64,000 bases of DNA, taken from assembly GCA_040772365.1 (NCBI GenBank), contig JAXGYI010000001.1, positions 5,416-69,415 of the forward strand. The letters run 5' to 3'. How positions within the stretch are numbered: position 1 is the stretch's first letter; every line of letters starts with the position of its first letter. The notes beneath the pieces were generated by a model. The model was not told the DNA's origin. It did no database searches and was given only the letters and a program-made list of their open reading frames with translations. This document shows, piece by piece, positions 40,356-50,947 of this stretch. The stretch is from Candidatus Moraniibacteriota bacterium (GTDB lineage Bacteria > Patescibacteriota > Minisyncoccia > Moranbacterales > GCA-2747515). The position numbers and the translations under genes are program-made.

Positions 40356-41958
40356 CAATGCTCATCGCATAGATGGTGACGATACCAAAGATGGTCCAGA
40401 GTATGCTGTGTGGTGTAAAGCGGAATTTTTGTGCACGGTGTGCGGTAACAGCCCAAAAAGCAACACTACCACAGCAGAGGGCAGGTATGAAGAGCATGCG
40501 AACGTTAAGGAGAAAGACGCTAAGGAGGAATGCTATGAAGATGCCGCTGCCGATGATCACGCGTCCAGTACGTTCACCGAAAAGCACCGGTATGGTAAAA
40601 ATCTGGTGTTTCTTATCTCCGCGGATATCTTTGAGATCTTTTAGTGGTAGTGATATCGTATAGGCAATAATGAGAAGGATACCAATACGCATCGGGAAAT
40701 TCTGTAGATCATGTGCAGGGTTGATGAGAATAAATCCAATCGCTACGATGAAGAATGATGCAATTGCTGCAAGAAATGTGGCGATGACAGGAAAGCGCTT
40801 GAGGCGTAACGGTGGTGTGTTGTAGAGATAGGAGAGTGTATGATAGCCAATGAGGAGTAGAGCGGCGTGCGGGAGGAGGATGGCGATATACACACAGGAA
40901 AGTATTGTGAGAAATACACCCACAGATCGATAATCGCGTATCGTGATGGCGCGGGTGATCAGCGGACGCCGGGGATTGCTAATGCGGTCAATGTCGATAT
41001 CAACAATATCATTGAAGATAACAGTGGCATACCATGCCATAATCACAGCAAGCAGTGCAACGATTATAGCCATGACGGAGAAGGGGTTCCACAAGATGGT
41101 TGCATCGGTAAAGTGCCAGGCGATGAGCATGCCTAGAAGCAGTAGCCCGCTGTGATAGAGCGTTTGCACAGGCCGAATGTTGCGCAGTAAAGCTATGCAC
41201 TGTGTGGGGCGAAATGTATACCATAGCCATGCGACCAAAAACGGAATGATAATGGCATACACAAGTGACATTTTGATATTGCCCGAGCTTGTGATGTCGG
41301 TAATAGGTGTTGTAAGGATGGTTGTTGGAGAAATGATGAATCCCGCTACATCAGCTCCTGTAGTGCGCAGGTGTGTGTCATGGAGGAGTATTGTGAGGAG
41401 AGAGGGAAACGCACTCATGATGAAACAGAGTATGTAGACAGCGCTACCGGCAACTATTGCACGCCACGCTGTACGCGTCACGGCATAGACATAGCCACTT
41501 ATACCAATGATGGCAGTGGCAATCATGATACGTGTGCCATAGGTGATACCACGTGTTGGACTGTCACCAAAGAATGTCCACAGACTCTGCCAGAGTCCTG
41601 CAATACCATCAAAAAGTGCGTAGCTCCAAAATGGTACGCCACTATAAAACCACTGTGCAATCAACATATCTAAAACCGGTGGACAGACAGTTAGCAAAAA
41701 ACCATATAGCAACACGACGGCCGTAGCTTGTACGGTTTTACGTGTAAGGGCAGAGACAAGGAGAAGGCAGGCAATGAAAAGCGTAGCAAAAAAGAACACA
41801 GTATGCGTCGTCTCTGTCAAATAAAAGATGCCACTACGTGGGGCAAAGTGATGTATCCATGATTCTATAAGCAGTCGGGTTGCAATGATAGCGGTAAAGG
41901 TTGTGACAAGGGCACGAAGTGATAAGGGTGTTTCGTGCAAAAATGAATAAAGGCGCAT
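40327..41958 (-). CDS. UbiA-family prenyltransferase fused to a large N-terminal polytopic membrane domain (543 aa)
   Basis: The C-terminal third carries NDIVDIDIDRISNPRRPLI (the NDxxDxxxD Asp-rich motif of UbiA prenyltransferases). The N-terminal roughly 300 aa are extra TM helices of unknown function. Confidence 0.6.
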   Translation of the reverse strand: MRLYSFLHETPLSLRALVTTFTAIIATRLLIESWIHHFAPRSGIFYLTETTHTVFFFATLFIACLLLVSALTRKTVQATAVVLLYGFLLTVCPPVLDMLIAQWFYSGVPFWSYALFDGIAGLWQSLWTFFGDSPTRGITYGTRIMIATAIIGISGYVYAVTRTAWRAIVAGSAVYILCFIMSAFPSLLTILLHDTHLRTTGADVAGFIISPTTILTTPITDITSSGNIKMSLVYAIIIPFLVAWLWYTFRPTQCIALLRNIRPVQTLYHSGLLLLGMLIAWHFTDATILWNPFSVMAIIVALLAVIMAWYATVIFNDIVDIDIDRISNPRRPLITRAITIRDYRSVGVFLTILSCVYIAILLPHAALLLIGYHTLSYLYNTPPLRLKRFPVIATFLAAIASFFIVAIGFILINPAHDLQNFPMRIGILLIIAYTISLPLKDLKDIRGDKKHQIFTIPVLFGERTGRVIIGSGIFIAFLLSVFLLNVRMLFIPALCCGSVAFWAVTAHRAQKFRFTPHSILWTIFGIVTIYAMSIAIVFFRVLS

Positions 41959-42039
41959 AAAAAAAATTTATAAACACCTCTATCATAACATAGATTTTCT
42001 TCTTTCTGGAGAGGAAGCATGGTCTGAAAGGTTGTTTCA

Positions 42040-44205
42040 ATGGTACAATGGCTTAGTATGAAAGAAAACATCTTAGCACAATTGAATCCGGAGCAAAAAA
42101 AAGCAGTTGTGGCCTACGAAGGTCCGTATTTAGTACTCGCTGGTGCAGGATCAGGAAAAACAATGGCATTGACGCGGCGCATTGCCTATCTTATTCGACA
42201 TCATGGCGTTGCGGCGCATAATATTGTGGCGGTCACATTTACCAATAAGGCAGCGCGCGAAATGCGCGATCGCGTTTCCACTCTCCTACATGGCCATAGT
42301 GCATTGCCATGGGTGGGCACGTTTCACAGTACATGCGTACGGGTCTTGCGTGATCATGCCGACCGTATTGGGTATGATCGCGGTTTCACGATCATTGATG
42401 CCGCTGATCAGTTGGCACTGGTAAAACGTGCGATGAAGGAGTTGGACATTGCAATCACACAGTTGTCACCGCGCAGTGTGATGGAGAGTATCTCGCGTGC
42501 CAAAAGTGACGTACTGACACCGGAGGCATATGCAACACATGCGGACAACTATCGCGACGAACGGATTGCGCGCATCTATGAGCGCTATCAGTACACTCTG
42601 CAGAACAATCACAGTATGGACTTTGATGATCTTATTCGCCTGACGATCGCGCTTTTTGAAAAACACCCTGATCTTCTACGCACATATAATGATCGGTGGC
42701 GATTTGTATTAGTAGATGAGTATCAGGATACCAATTATGCACAATACCACTTGATTCGTCTCTTAACGCGACAGCATCATAATATTTTTGTCGTCGGGGA
42801 TGATTGGCAGTCAATCTATAAGTGGCGCGGTGCGGATGTGCAAAATATTCTACGCTTTGAGAAGGATTTTCCTGGTACAACGGTGATTGCGTTGGAGCAG
42901 AATTATCGATCACCGCAAAATGTATTGGATGTTGCCTATGGCATCATTGAGCGCACAGTGCATCGGACTGACAAGCGCATTTGGAGCAAAAACGGTGCCG
43001 GTAAAAAATTAATAACGTATGAGGCAGAAGATGAGCTTGATGAGGCAGCGTTTGTGCTTTCAACTATGCGGCAGCTGATGGAGCAGGAGGGCTACCGTGA
43101 GCGGGATTTTGTGGTGCTGTATCGGACCAATGCACAGGCGCGTGTTATGGAGGAGCTGTTGGTGCGCGAGGATGTAATGTACCGTATTGTAGGTGGCATG
43201 AAATTTTATGATCGGAAAGAAGTGCGTGACATGTTGGCATATGTGCGGCTTGTTGCCAATCCGTCGGATGCGAGTGCACTGGAGCGAGCACTACGTGTGC
43301 CAAAGAGGAGCATCGGACCAAAAACATTACATGCGTGGTTGACTGCGGCTGAGCGGATGGGCGTTAGCCCCATTGCCTTAGGTGCGGATGCGACGATGGC
43401 AGACCACTTGCCACGTAGAAAACGCGATACGATTGCGGCATTTTGTACAATGATCATGGAGGCACGTACCTTTGTGGAGACACATACGATTGCAGAGCTG
43501 ATTGCACATCTCTATACGGCAAGTGGCTACAAGGCATTTTTGAATGATGGTACGGAAGAGGGATTAACTCGTGAGGAGAATGTGCAGGAGCTGTATTCCA
43601 GTGTGTTGGCACAGGCACAGGGTCTTGAGGGATTGACGGTATTTCTAGAGCACGTGTCACTTGCTAGCGATACGGATGCTGTGGATGAGCAGAGTGGCGC
43701 GGTGCATTTGATGACGTTACACAGTGTGAAAGGATTAGAGTTTCCTGTGGTATTTGTGATCGGGATGGAGGAGGGGCTTTTGCCACACAGTCGGGCAATG
43801 GCAAATGAAGCAGAGATGGAGGAGGAGCGACGGCTGGCATATGTAGGTGTGACACGTGCCAAAAAACAAGTCTTTTTTGTCCATGCACGTCAGCGTGTGA
43901 TTTTTGGCAGCCTGCAGATGAATCAACCATCGCAGTTCTATGATGATATGCCGCAGGAGCTTTTAGTGTCCGCGCATCCGAAAAAACGCGCGCGTGTGAC
44001 TTATGGCGCCAACACGGTTGTGCCGTCTGATGCGAAAACGCGCGATGTCCAGCAAATGTTTGCGGATGGCGATGCTGTGGAGCACCCACAGTTTGGCACG
44101 GGGATTGTGGTGGCGCAGACGGAGACGATTGTGCATGTGGTGTTTCGCGATGTCGGTCTCAAAAAACTTGCGCGCGGTATTGCACCGCTCGTGCGTCGCA
44201 CGTAA
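42040..44205 (+). CDS. pcrA: UvrD/PcrA-type ATP-dependent DNA helicase
   Basis: Walker A AGAGSGKT, helicase motifs (TFTNKAAREM, VLVDEYQDTN, VGDDWQSIYKWRGA, VTRAK) and a C-terminal Tudor-like tail. Confidence 0.9.
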   Translation: MVQWLSMKENILAQLNPEQKKAVVAYEGPYLVLAGAGSGKTMALTRRIAYLIRHHGVAAHNIVAVTFTNKAAREMRDRVSTLLHGHSALPWVGTFHSTCVRVLRDHADRIGYDRGFTIIDAADQLALVKRAMKELDIAITQLSPRSVMESISRAKSDVLTPEAYATHADNYRDERIARIYERYQYTLQNNHSMDFDDLIRLTIALFEKHPDLLRTYNDRWRFVLVDEYQDTNYAQYHLIRLLTRQHHNIFVVGDDWQSIYKWRGADVQNILRFEKDFPGTTVIALEQNYRSPQNVLDVAYGIIERTVHRTDKRIWSKNGAGKKLITYEAEDELDEAAFVLSTMRQLMEQEGYRERDFVVLYRTNAQARVMEELLVREDVMYRIVGGMKFYDRKEVRDMLAYVRLVANPSDASALERALRVPKRSIGPKTLHAWLTAAERMGVSPIALGADATMADHLPRRKRDTIAAFCTMIMEARTFVETHTIAELIAHLYTASGYKAFLNDGTEEGLTREENVQELYSSVLAQAQGLEGLTVFLEHVSLASDTDAVDEQSGAVHLMTLHSVKGLEFPVVFVIGMEEGLLPHSRAMANEAEMEEERRLAYVGVTRAKKQVFFVHARQRVIFGSLQMNQPSQFYDDMPQELLVSAHPKKRARVTYGANTVVPSDAKTRDVQQMFADGDAVEHPQFGTGIVVAQTETIVHVVFRDVGLKKLARGIAPLVRRT

Positions 44206-44570
44206 GTATCAGAAGTGTGTATATGTACTATGCTGTGTGATGTGTTGCGCTGGGATATGCCATGTCGCATATTGTCGTAGTGGGTTTTTATGCTATAATG
44301 CAACGTACGATACAAGGAAGTTCCTTACCAAATAGCTATCACATTTTACAGTGTGGTATTTTTTTATAAAAAAATGGAGGATATGATGAGAAAAGAAAAA
44401 ATGACCATGGGAATAGTTATAGCGAAAGTCTTTTTAGTAATAATATTTTCGCCAATACTCCTTTTTTTAGGAGTGATGTACTTTATCGCAGATTACTGCG
44501 ATGATGTACGTCGGCGTGGAAACACCATTGTACCCTTCTAGGCATCAGACGTGTGCGCACACACGTCTTT

Positions 44571-45509
44571 TTATGTATTTTTTTTACCGTGAAATTTTTT
44601 GTGAACGTCTTTGAGACCTTTGTTGGTGACGTGTGTGTATACTTGCGTCGTAGTAATGTTGGCGTGTCCGAGCATGGCTTGCACAGAGCGGATGTCGGCA
44701 CCATTGTGGAGTAGGTCCGTAGCAAAGGTATGACGCAGGGTGTGTGGGTGGACATTTTTGACAATACCGGCCTTAGTGGCGTATTTTTTGACAATACGTT
44801 GAATACTACGTGTTGTGAGGCGCAATCCGCCGCTTTCGGTGTCTTTGCGTCCACGTCTGCTGTCACGTACAAAGAGTGCTGGGTCAATATCGGTACGTCG
44901 GTTCAAGTAGAGTTCTAGAGCCTTTTTGGCAGCATCAGAGATAAATACAATGCGCACAGCACCGCCTTTACCGCGTACGCTAAACTCTTGGCGGTCAAGA
45001 TTGATACTCTCTCGGTCTAGGGCAACAATTTCTGATACACGTAGTCCTGCAGAAAAAAGTAATTCCAAAATTGCACGGTCGCGTAATGATGATACATCTG
45101 ATCCATCAGCGGCAGAAATCAGCCGTATAATCTCATCATCTTCCAGAAAGGTCACAGGCTGCTCGGGATTTTTGCCGATGTCTATTTTTTCCGCTGATAG
45201 GGTGGGGATGTCGTTTTTTGCAAGGTATTTGAGGAAATTTCGCAGAGCAATGGCGTGGTAGTTTTGGGTAGCGATACTGAGGGGTTCACCCGTATGCGGC
45301 ACAGTTTGGCGATTAAGGAAAACGCGATATTTGCGTACGATATCCATAGTGATATCGCCTGGATCGCATGATTGGCAGTGTGTATCAACAAAATCTACAA
45401 AACGTTCCAAATAGTGGTCGTAGTTTTGGATGGTTTTTTGGCTGCGGTGGAGCTCTGATTCCAAATACTCCAAATACTCCATTTTTAGGTCGTAGAGATC
45501 TTTTGCCAT
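44571..45509 (-). CDS. Tyrosine site-specific recombinase (XerC/XerD family)
   Basis: Catalytic residues R...HTLRHTFAT...GHANITTTQVYTH (the R-H-R-Y signature). Confidence 0.85.
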   Translation of the reverse strand: MAKDLYDLKMEYLEYLESELHRSQKTIQNYDHYLERFVDFVDTHCQSCDPGDITMDIVRKYRVFLNRQTVPHTGEPLSIATQNYHAIALRNFLKYLAKNDIPTLSAEKIDIGKNPEQPVTFLEDDEIIRLISAADGSDVSSLRDRAILELLFSAGLRVSEIVALDRESINLDRQEFSVRGKGGAVRIVFISDAAKKALELYLNRRTDIDPALFVRDSRRGRKDTESGGLRLTTRSIQRIVKKYATKAGIVKNVHPHTLRHTFATDLLHNGADIRSVQAMLGHANITTTQVYTHVTNKGLKDVHKKFHGKKNT

Positions 45510-45649
45510 AATATACTCTATACAAGGTGTTTTATACGTATTTTACCACAAAAAAATAATAGTGCGGTTTTGACAAAATGCCAGATGTCCTTATAATAGA
45601 AGAAGTCTAAAAAATAAGGTTTGCGCCGATGGTGATCAATATGCTGTGA

Positions 45650-46897
45650 TTGCCTTACGTGCATAACCATGTAAAGGACGTAGAGATTATCTCACGATTT
45701 TCCAAAATCTGCCGTGCCTGTCGCGGCATGTTCTCACGGCTATACCACATATATCTTGCGATTGAGCGTGCTGCAGTCGAGTCTTTTCGTCAACGATCTT
45801 TTTTTGGGATTGGTTATTTTATCCGCAACAACGGTAGCTTGGCAGTTCTTGTGGCAATTGCAACGCTGATTGTGTTTGGCAATATTTCTGCACGTGCTAA
45901 TGATGATGATTCGTATCTCATGGGATACCTAACGACATACAATAAGCCAACAGGTGTTATTGGGAGGACAGGAGAGTCAAGTCTTGTTTTGGATAATAGT
46001 ATTGTGAGTGATTCACGTAGTGATGTGACGACGGCAGAGCTCAAAGAGAAAGCATCACAAGAATCGCAGCTACATGTGCTGACAAATGCTAGCGAGGAGC
46101 TGCTGGGTGATGCGGCAATTATTCCACCGCGTCGTGAAGGAGCGAGTGATCCGGATAATGAAGGTGATGTGATTTTGTATACCGTGCAAATGGGCGATAC
46201 ACTCAGTACGATTGCGGCACGGCATCATGTGACAACAGAAACACTATTTTGGGCGAATGAGATTGAAAATATTGATGATATTGCACCAGGTGACACGCTC
46301 TTTATCTTGTCAGAATCTGGTGTGAAGCATAAAGTCGTAGCTGGCGATACCTTGGACAAGATTGCTGCGCAGTATAAGGTTGAGCGTAAGGATATTATTG
46401 CCTATAACACCTTACCGGCAAATGGAGAGATTGAGATTGGTGCAGAGATCTTTGTGCCGGGAGGGCGCAAGGAAATTCCACGTCCAGTGGAACAGCCAAT
46501 TCTTGCACCGCGCGATTATGTGGCAACGGGTACGGGGAGTGCTAATTTAGGGAGTACTGTTGTGACAAATACATCTAAAACGCGCCGCGCCGGGAATAGC
46601 TTTCCCTATGGATACTGTACGTACTATGTAGCAAATAAGCGCACAGTGACGTGGCGAGGCAATGCCGGTACATGGCTGTATAATGCGCGTGCAGCAGGCT
46701 ATGCAACAGGCAAAACACCACAGGCTGGTGCTATTGTCGTCACAACAGAGGATGCACGTTATGGACATGTAGCATATGTAGAATCTGTAGGTAAGGATAC
46801 AATTACAATTTCGGAAATGAACTATAAAGGGTGGGGCGTAGTGAACAAGCGGACATTGAGTAAAAATGCTCGTGTGATACGCGGTTACATTTACTAA
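45650..46897 (+). CDS. Peptidoglycan hydrolase with LysM repeats and a C-terminal CHAP domain
   Basis: Three LysM-like motifs (YTVQMGDTLSTIAARH, HKVVAGDTLDKIAAQY); CHAP region GYCTYYV...YGHVAYVE with the Cys/His dyad. The start may be an internal Met. Confidence 0.75.
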   Translation: MPYVHNHVKDVEIISRFSKICRACRGMFSRLYHIYLAIERAAVESFRQRSFFGIGYFIRNNGSLAVLVAIATLIVFGNISARANDDDSYLMGYLTTYNKPTGVIGRTGESSLVLDNSIVSDSRSDVTTAELKEKASQESQLHVLTNASEELLGDAAIIPPRREGASDPDNEGDVILYTVQMGDTLSTIAARHHVTTETLFWANEIENIDDIAPGDTLFILSESGVKHKVVAGDTLDKIAAQYKVERKDIIAYNTLPANGEIEIGAEIFVPGGRKEIPRPVEQPILAPRDYVATGTGSANLGSTVVTNTSKTRRAGNSFPYGYCTYYVANKRTVTWRGNAGTWLYNARAAGYATGKTPQAGAIVVTTEDARYGHVAYVESVGKDTITISEMNYKGWGVVNKRTLSKNARVIRGYIY

Positions 46898-46935
46898 AAA
46901 TACGCACACCGTGTGGTGTATGCGTATAGCAGTGT

Positions 46936-47637
46936 ATGATCTTTCTTTGGGGTATTCTTGTGGTTGCAACAGTTGGTATGCTTATGGCCCGCGTGCGGAC
47001 AGTGTCGCGTCAGACGGCGACATTTTTATATACACTGATTATGACATGTGCCGTTTGTGCACTCATTGTGTTGCGTGCACCACTGCTTGATGAACATATG
47101 GTGACGCAGCTACGCCTGCTTTGTGCACCACAGCAGCAAGGTGATACGCACAGATCTCATGCAGAGGCGATGGGGGCTGCTGGTGAAGAAGATCGTCATC
47201 AGAATATCACAGAGGAAGGTATGTTTGCTGTTGTTTCTGTTGTGGATGGAGATACGGTGAAGGTGCAGATGGATGATCGCAGAGAAACTGTGCGCATCAT
47301 TGGTATTAATGCACTGGAGTCTGTGGATCCACGTCGTGCGGTGGAGTGTTTTGGTACAGAGGCGTCAAAGCGGGCTACAACACTGTTATCAGAAAAAATG
47401 GTCATTCTTGAACGTGATAAAACACAGGCGGATCGTGATCGGTATAATCGTCTCTTGCGTCATGTACGACTTTCAGATGGACGTCAGTTTGGGGAAGTGA
47501 TGATTGCTGAGGGGTATGCCTATGAATATACCTATGGTACGGCTTATGCCTATCAACAGCAGTATCGTGCGGCGCAGCAAGAGGCACAGATGGCGCAACG
47601 AGGACTATGGGCACCCGATGTGTGTGCAGAGCATTAG
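46936..47637 (+). CDS. Membrane-anchored thermonuclease (SNase/micrococcal nuclease-like)
   Basis: N-terminal TM helix; SNase motifs VVSVVDGDTVKV, VRIIGINALE, YNRLLRHVR, GEVMIAEGYA. Confidence 0.75.
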   Translation: MIFLWGILVVATVGMLMARVRTVSRQTATFLYTLIMTCAVCALIVLRAPLLDEHMVTQLRLLCAPQQQGDTHRSHAEAMGAAGEEDRHQNITEEGMFAVVSVVDGDTVKVQMDDRRETVRIIGINALESVDPRRAVECFGTEASKRATTLLSEKMVILERDKTQADRDRYNRLLRHVRLSDGRQFGEVMIAEGYAYEYTYGTAYAYQQQYRAAQQEAQMAQRGLWAPDVCAEH

Positions 47638-47740
47638 TGTGACGATAAAAAATTGACAGTGGCATTGTGCCATGGTAGGATGGTTCTTCTGTGGGTTAGT
47701 TGTTTTTTAATAAAAGAGAGCGGAAGGAAGAGGGGTTGAT

Positions 47741-48157
47741 ATGGGAAAAAGAGATCGTCCTATGCGCTCAAAGAGGCGTGAAGGTGGGTGGCGAAGCAAG
47801 CGCCCGCAAGATTTGCTCAAAAAAATCAGAGATGTGGAAGAACGAGAGAGTAGACTTTCTCGTATGTACTGGGAAGTAACTAAAGAACTAGCGCAACTAC
47901 AAAGATCTTTTTGCGCATTGGAAAAACAGTCTGTGCAGGATCGAGAGACCAGGATACGCATGTATCAAGACGCAATTCATGTCTTGGCATGTTGCGTAGA
48001 GGCATGTCGTGTTGCTACAGAGAATGTGCAGCCGCCTGGATCACATCTATCGCTGCAGGAGATGTATGTGCGACAGAAAGACGCACTACAAAAAATTCAG
48101 GAGGCGATTGCAGAGTTGGACGATGCGCGTCTCATGAAAATTTCCGATCATATCTAG
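47741..48157 (+). CDS. Hypothetical coiled-coil protein with a basic N-terminus (138 aa)
   Basis: ORF only. Confidence 0.4.
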   Translation: MGKRDRPMRSKRREGGWRSKRPQDLLKKIRDVEERESRLSRMYWEVTKELAQLQRSFCALEKQSVQDRETRIRMYQDAIHVLACCVEACRVATENVQPPGSHLSLQEMYVRQKDALQKIQEAIAELDDARLMKISDHI

Positions 48158-48191
48158 CCAAAGATCATAGCACAGCATTTGCCTATGGTCT

Positions 48192-49379
48192 TTATTTTTT
48201 TACTGCGTCAATAATGGCATTGATTGCTTCAAGATCCGGACAGCCGTATTTCATATGTGCTGAGTAGAAGCGACGACGTGGTCCGTGACAGCCGCCGTTA
48301 TCTTGTGGTAGAGGGGTGAGCAGCGGCAAGAGAAAGCCGACATCTTGAGTGATAAACGTCGTATGCAGTTTTTGTAGAGTGGCGTGACGCCTGTCTGTAC
48401 TCATGAGTGCAAATGTGCTCATATCATCACCCTTGATACCGCTCCAATCCAAATGTACAAAAACATTATGGGCTTTTGATTTAAATGTATCGTGCCACAG
48501 CAATGCCCAGCACCACCCTTCTTTTGTCGTATTGTTATACCAGCGAGAAAAACATGGATGATCCTCTACCGTGCCGTCGGAATGCAGTCCAACGCCACCT
48601 TCAATAAAGTCAAAAAAACGTAAATATTCTTCATCGGTAATATTGTTGGTTTGTGCACCAATGATAATAGAGATGCCTCTACTTTTTGCATATGTGCGCA
48701 TATCATCCAATATTACCTGCACGGATGATTTCTCTAAATCCTCTTCTTGGTGATACACTTGCCCAAATAGAAAAACGCGGATACCAATATCCATCGCGTC
48801 ACGGGTGATCTGTGACAGGTATGCACGGTACTCTGGCTCTTCTAGTGACGGTTTGCACGTATGTTCACCCCAGAAGTTCTTGGAACCATCTTTGCACATT
48901 GCGGCGAAGTTGAAACGACGATTTTCTGTGTAGTAGAAATAGTTTTCTTTCTTATGAATGGCTTCGGCGATGAACATGCCATAGAGTACGTCGGTGCGCC
49001 CGATGTCATCCATGATTTTTTGCGCCTTTGCAAAATCTGGAGAATCGCGCCATGTCTCAATAGCGCGAGAGAAGAAGTAGCATGAACTGTCGCGTGCCAC
49101 CTGCACATCTTTGCTTGTGCGATTGTAACCGCTCAAGAGTCCATCCGCAACACAGCCCTCACGCTTCATGCGGTCAATATTTGGCACGGGCCATATTTTT
49201 GTGGGTGGTGTTAGTGGTGGAGCAGTTTCGTTGTGTGTAATACGTGGGGGTACGGCAAACGTGGGCACAGGTTCACTACGCGGTGCACTGTGTGGCGCAA
49301 AGAGAACCACTCCTGCGCATAGCACATATATGGTGATGCGAGCAGTATGGTAGCGCGTTGTAAAAAAGTGTTGGAACAT
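48192..49379 (-). CDS. Hypothetical secreted protein (395 aa), possibly a TIM-barrel glycoside-hydrolase-like fold
   Basis: N-terminal hydrophobic segment; no confident motif. Confidence 0.5.
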   Translation of the reverse strand: MFQHFFTTRYHTARITIYVLCAGVVLFAPHSAPRSEPVPTFAVPPRITHNETAPPLTPPTKIWPVPNIDRMKREGCVADGLLSGYNRTSKDVQVARDSSCYFFSRAIETWRDSPDFAKAQKIMDDIGRTDVLYGMFIAEAIHKKENYFYYTENRRFNFAAMCKDGSKNFWGEHTCKPSLEEPEYRAYLSQITRDAMDIGIRVFLFGQVYHQEEDLEKSSVQVILDDMRTYAKSRGISIIIGAQTNNITDEEYLRFFDFIEGGVGLHSDGTVEDHPCFSRWYNNTTKEGWCWALLWHDTFKSKAHNVFVHLDWSGIKGDDMSTFALMSTDRRHATLQKLHTTFITQDVGFLLPLLTPLPQDNGGCHGPRRRFYSAHMKYGCPDLEAINAIIDAVKK

Positions 49380-49464
49380 AGATCAGGTATTTCAATATAG
49401 AAACAGTGTACGCTTGTGCATACTCCAGCATAGCACGTGCTGTGTGTTTCGTGAATTCGTGTGT

Positions 49465-49493
49465 TTGACGACTGTGATTTTTTCTGCTATAAT
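49465..49493 (+). promoter_or_regulatory. Consensus-like promoter TTGACG-17-TATAAT, followed immediately by a hairpin plus U-run (49511-49553)
   Basis: TTGACG at 49465-49470, 17-nt spacer, TATAAT at 49488-49493. ATCGGGTGA...TCACCCGAT+TTTTT hairpin about 20 nt downstream. Confidence 0.45.
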
Positions 49494-49619
49494 AGACATA
49501 TGAATGATGAAATCGGGTGAATCATCAGTCACAGACTGTCACCCGATTTTTCTTTGGTCAGGAAAAAAGTGGTGGCATGCAATATATTGCAGTGTAATCC
49601 ACCATATAACAATACACAT

Positions 49620-49838
49620 ATGTCAGATGAAATGAAATGCCCAACATGCGGTTGCAAGTGCAGTGCCGCAGCAGTGGGCGCGGAACAACAAGCACCGGTT
49701 GTAGAAACACCCGATGCACCGCAAATGAAAAGCTTTCGTTTGCACCGCCAATCTATTCAGGACACAGAATTTGCCGTCTTGCTTGCGTTGGTCCCCGCGA
49801 TGACGATGACACTCTTTAACTTAATGGGACTGTTGTAA
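49620..49838 (+). CDS. Small Cys-rich tail-anchored protein (73 aa): N-terminal CPTCGCKC cluster and a C-terminal hydrophobic helix
   Basis: MSDEMKCPTCGCKCS...EFAVLLALVPAMTMTLFNLMGLL. The ORF is bracketed by the leader hairpin and a strong terminator at 49866-49903 (ACACCCTCCTTC...GAAGGCGGGTGTTTTTT). Confidence 0.4.
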   Translation: MSDEMKCPTCGCKCSAAAVGAEQQAPVVETPDAPQMKSFRLHRQSIQDTEFAVLLALVPAMTMTLFNLMGLL

Positions 49839-50947
49839 TTCACCATACGGTGATCTTCCAAACAAAACACCCTCCTTCTCGACCGGAAGGCGGGTGTTTT
49901 TTATCCGTGATAGGAATTTTTTTATATATCCCCGGACAGTACTAAAATCCAACCCAGGGCATGTCCTAAGATGGATCTTGCGCGCAATAAGAGTATTTCT
50001 AAAAAATATACATGTCACCACAGGATGGGAAGTCTGAGCTAATCAGACAATTGGACAGAACGTGTGAAAAATAAAAAACCCGCCATGTCCTATACGAAGG
50101 AGTGGCGGGTATCTTTCTAGTATTTTTATTTTTACAAGTCTACACAATCATAGGCATCACCTCCTCGATAATTCGGCTGGTGTCATGTGGTATAAGAGAG
50201 CACGTCGTTATTGACGCAAGCTCTTGACCACATGATACCCATGCATAGTTGACCCATGCATAGTTGTGTGCTGTATGTGATTGTTAAAATAACGACACTC
50301 ATACCATAACGGCATATTATAGCACTATAGTACAATCTTGTCAATAGCACAAAACCGCATAAAATGCACATTTTTTGACAGGGGACGATGCCGTGCTATA
50401 GACAATCCCTCTCACGGACCATTCCCACAGGATTTTTTGTGATCCATTGGCTCGGAGCTATTGGCGGGTATTGCGAAATATATGACGTGCTGCCAATAAA
50501 AAAACCGCATGTCGCGGATGATAGGTGGCTCAATTTTAAGAGCGAGGCTGTAGATACAACATCGCTCTTGGAAGCAGGGGAGCCTCGTAAGGCTATGTTG
50601 GTCATTTTACGACCATTGTCTTGAAGGTCTCATCGTACCCTACTTCCCTAAATGTTTTTTCGCCCTGGCAAAGGGCATTCGCGCTATGCGCATGTGAGAT
50701 TTTTTTTCATAGGCATTACTCCTATAAAAAAATGAATAAAGAGAACCCTCTTAAAATCTAGAGAATTCACCCAAATCTCTACATATTCTAATTATAGCAC
50801 ACTTTTGCATTGTATGCAAGCGACGTGGGAATTAGCGCGTGAAGGGTGTAGACATTTTTTTTGGAAAATGGTACTGACTGGCGGTATGTGCATGTACAAA
50901 AAGAAAAAGCGAGTGGAGGGCACTCGCTTTTTGCTGGATTGTACATG

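Noticed and set aside
44353-44541. 62-aa ORF encoding a single TM helix upstream of the xer recombinase
   Set aside because: It is plausible as a small membrane protein, but there is no RBS, no motif and no conservation evidence. It is too weak to list as a feature.
49500-49520. Possible leader peptide MNDEIG overlapping the 5' arm of the leader hairpin (classical attenuation)
   Set aside because: The ATG lies only about 7 nt after the -10 hexamer, so it would be at or before the transcription start with no room for an RBS. The hairpin is retained as a feature, but the leader-peptide idea is dropped.
50388-50624. 78-aa and 69-aa ORFs in the gyrA-downstream non-coding region
   Set aside because: They overlap antisense ORFs, carry no start-site signals or motifs, and lie in a region with repeat and hairpin structure. 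Not called as genes.
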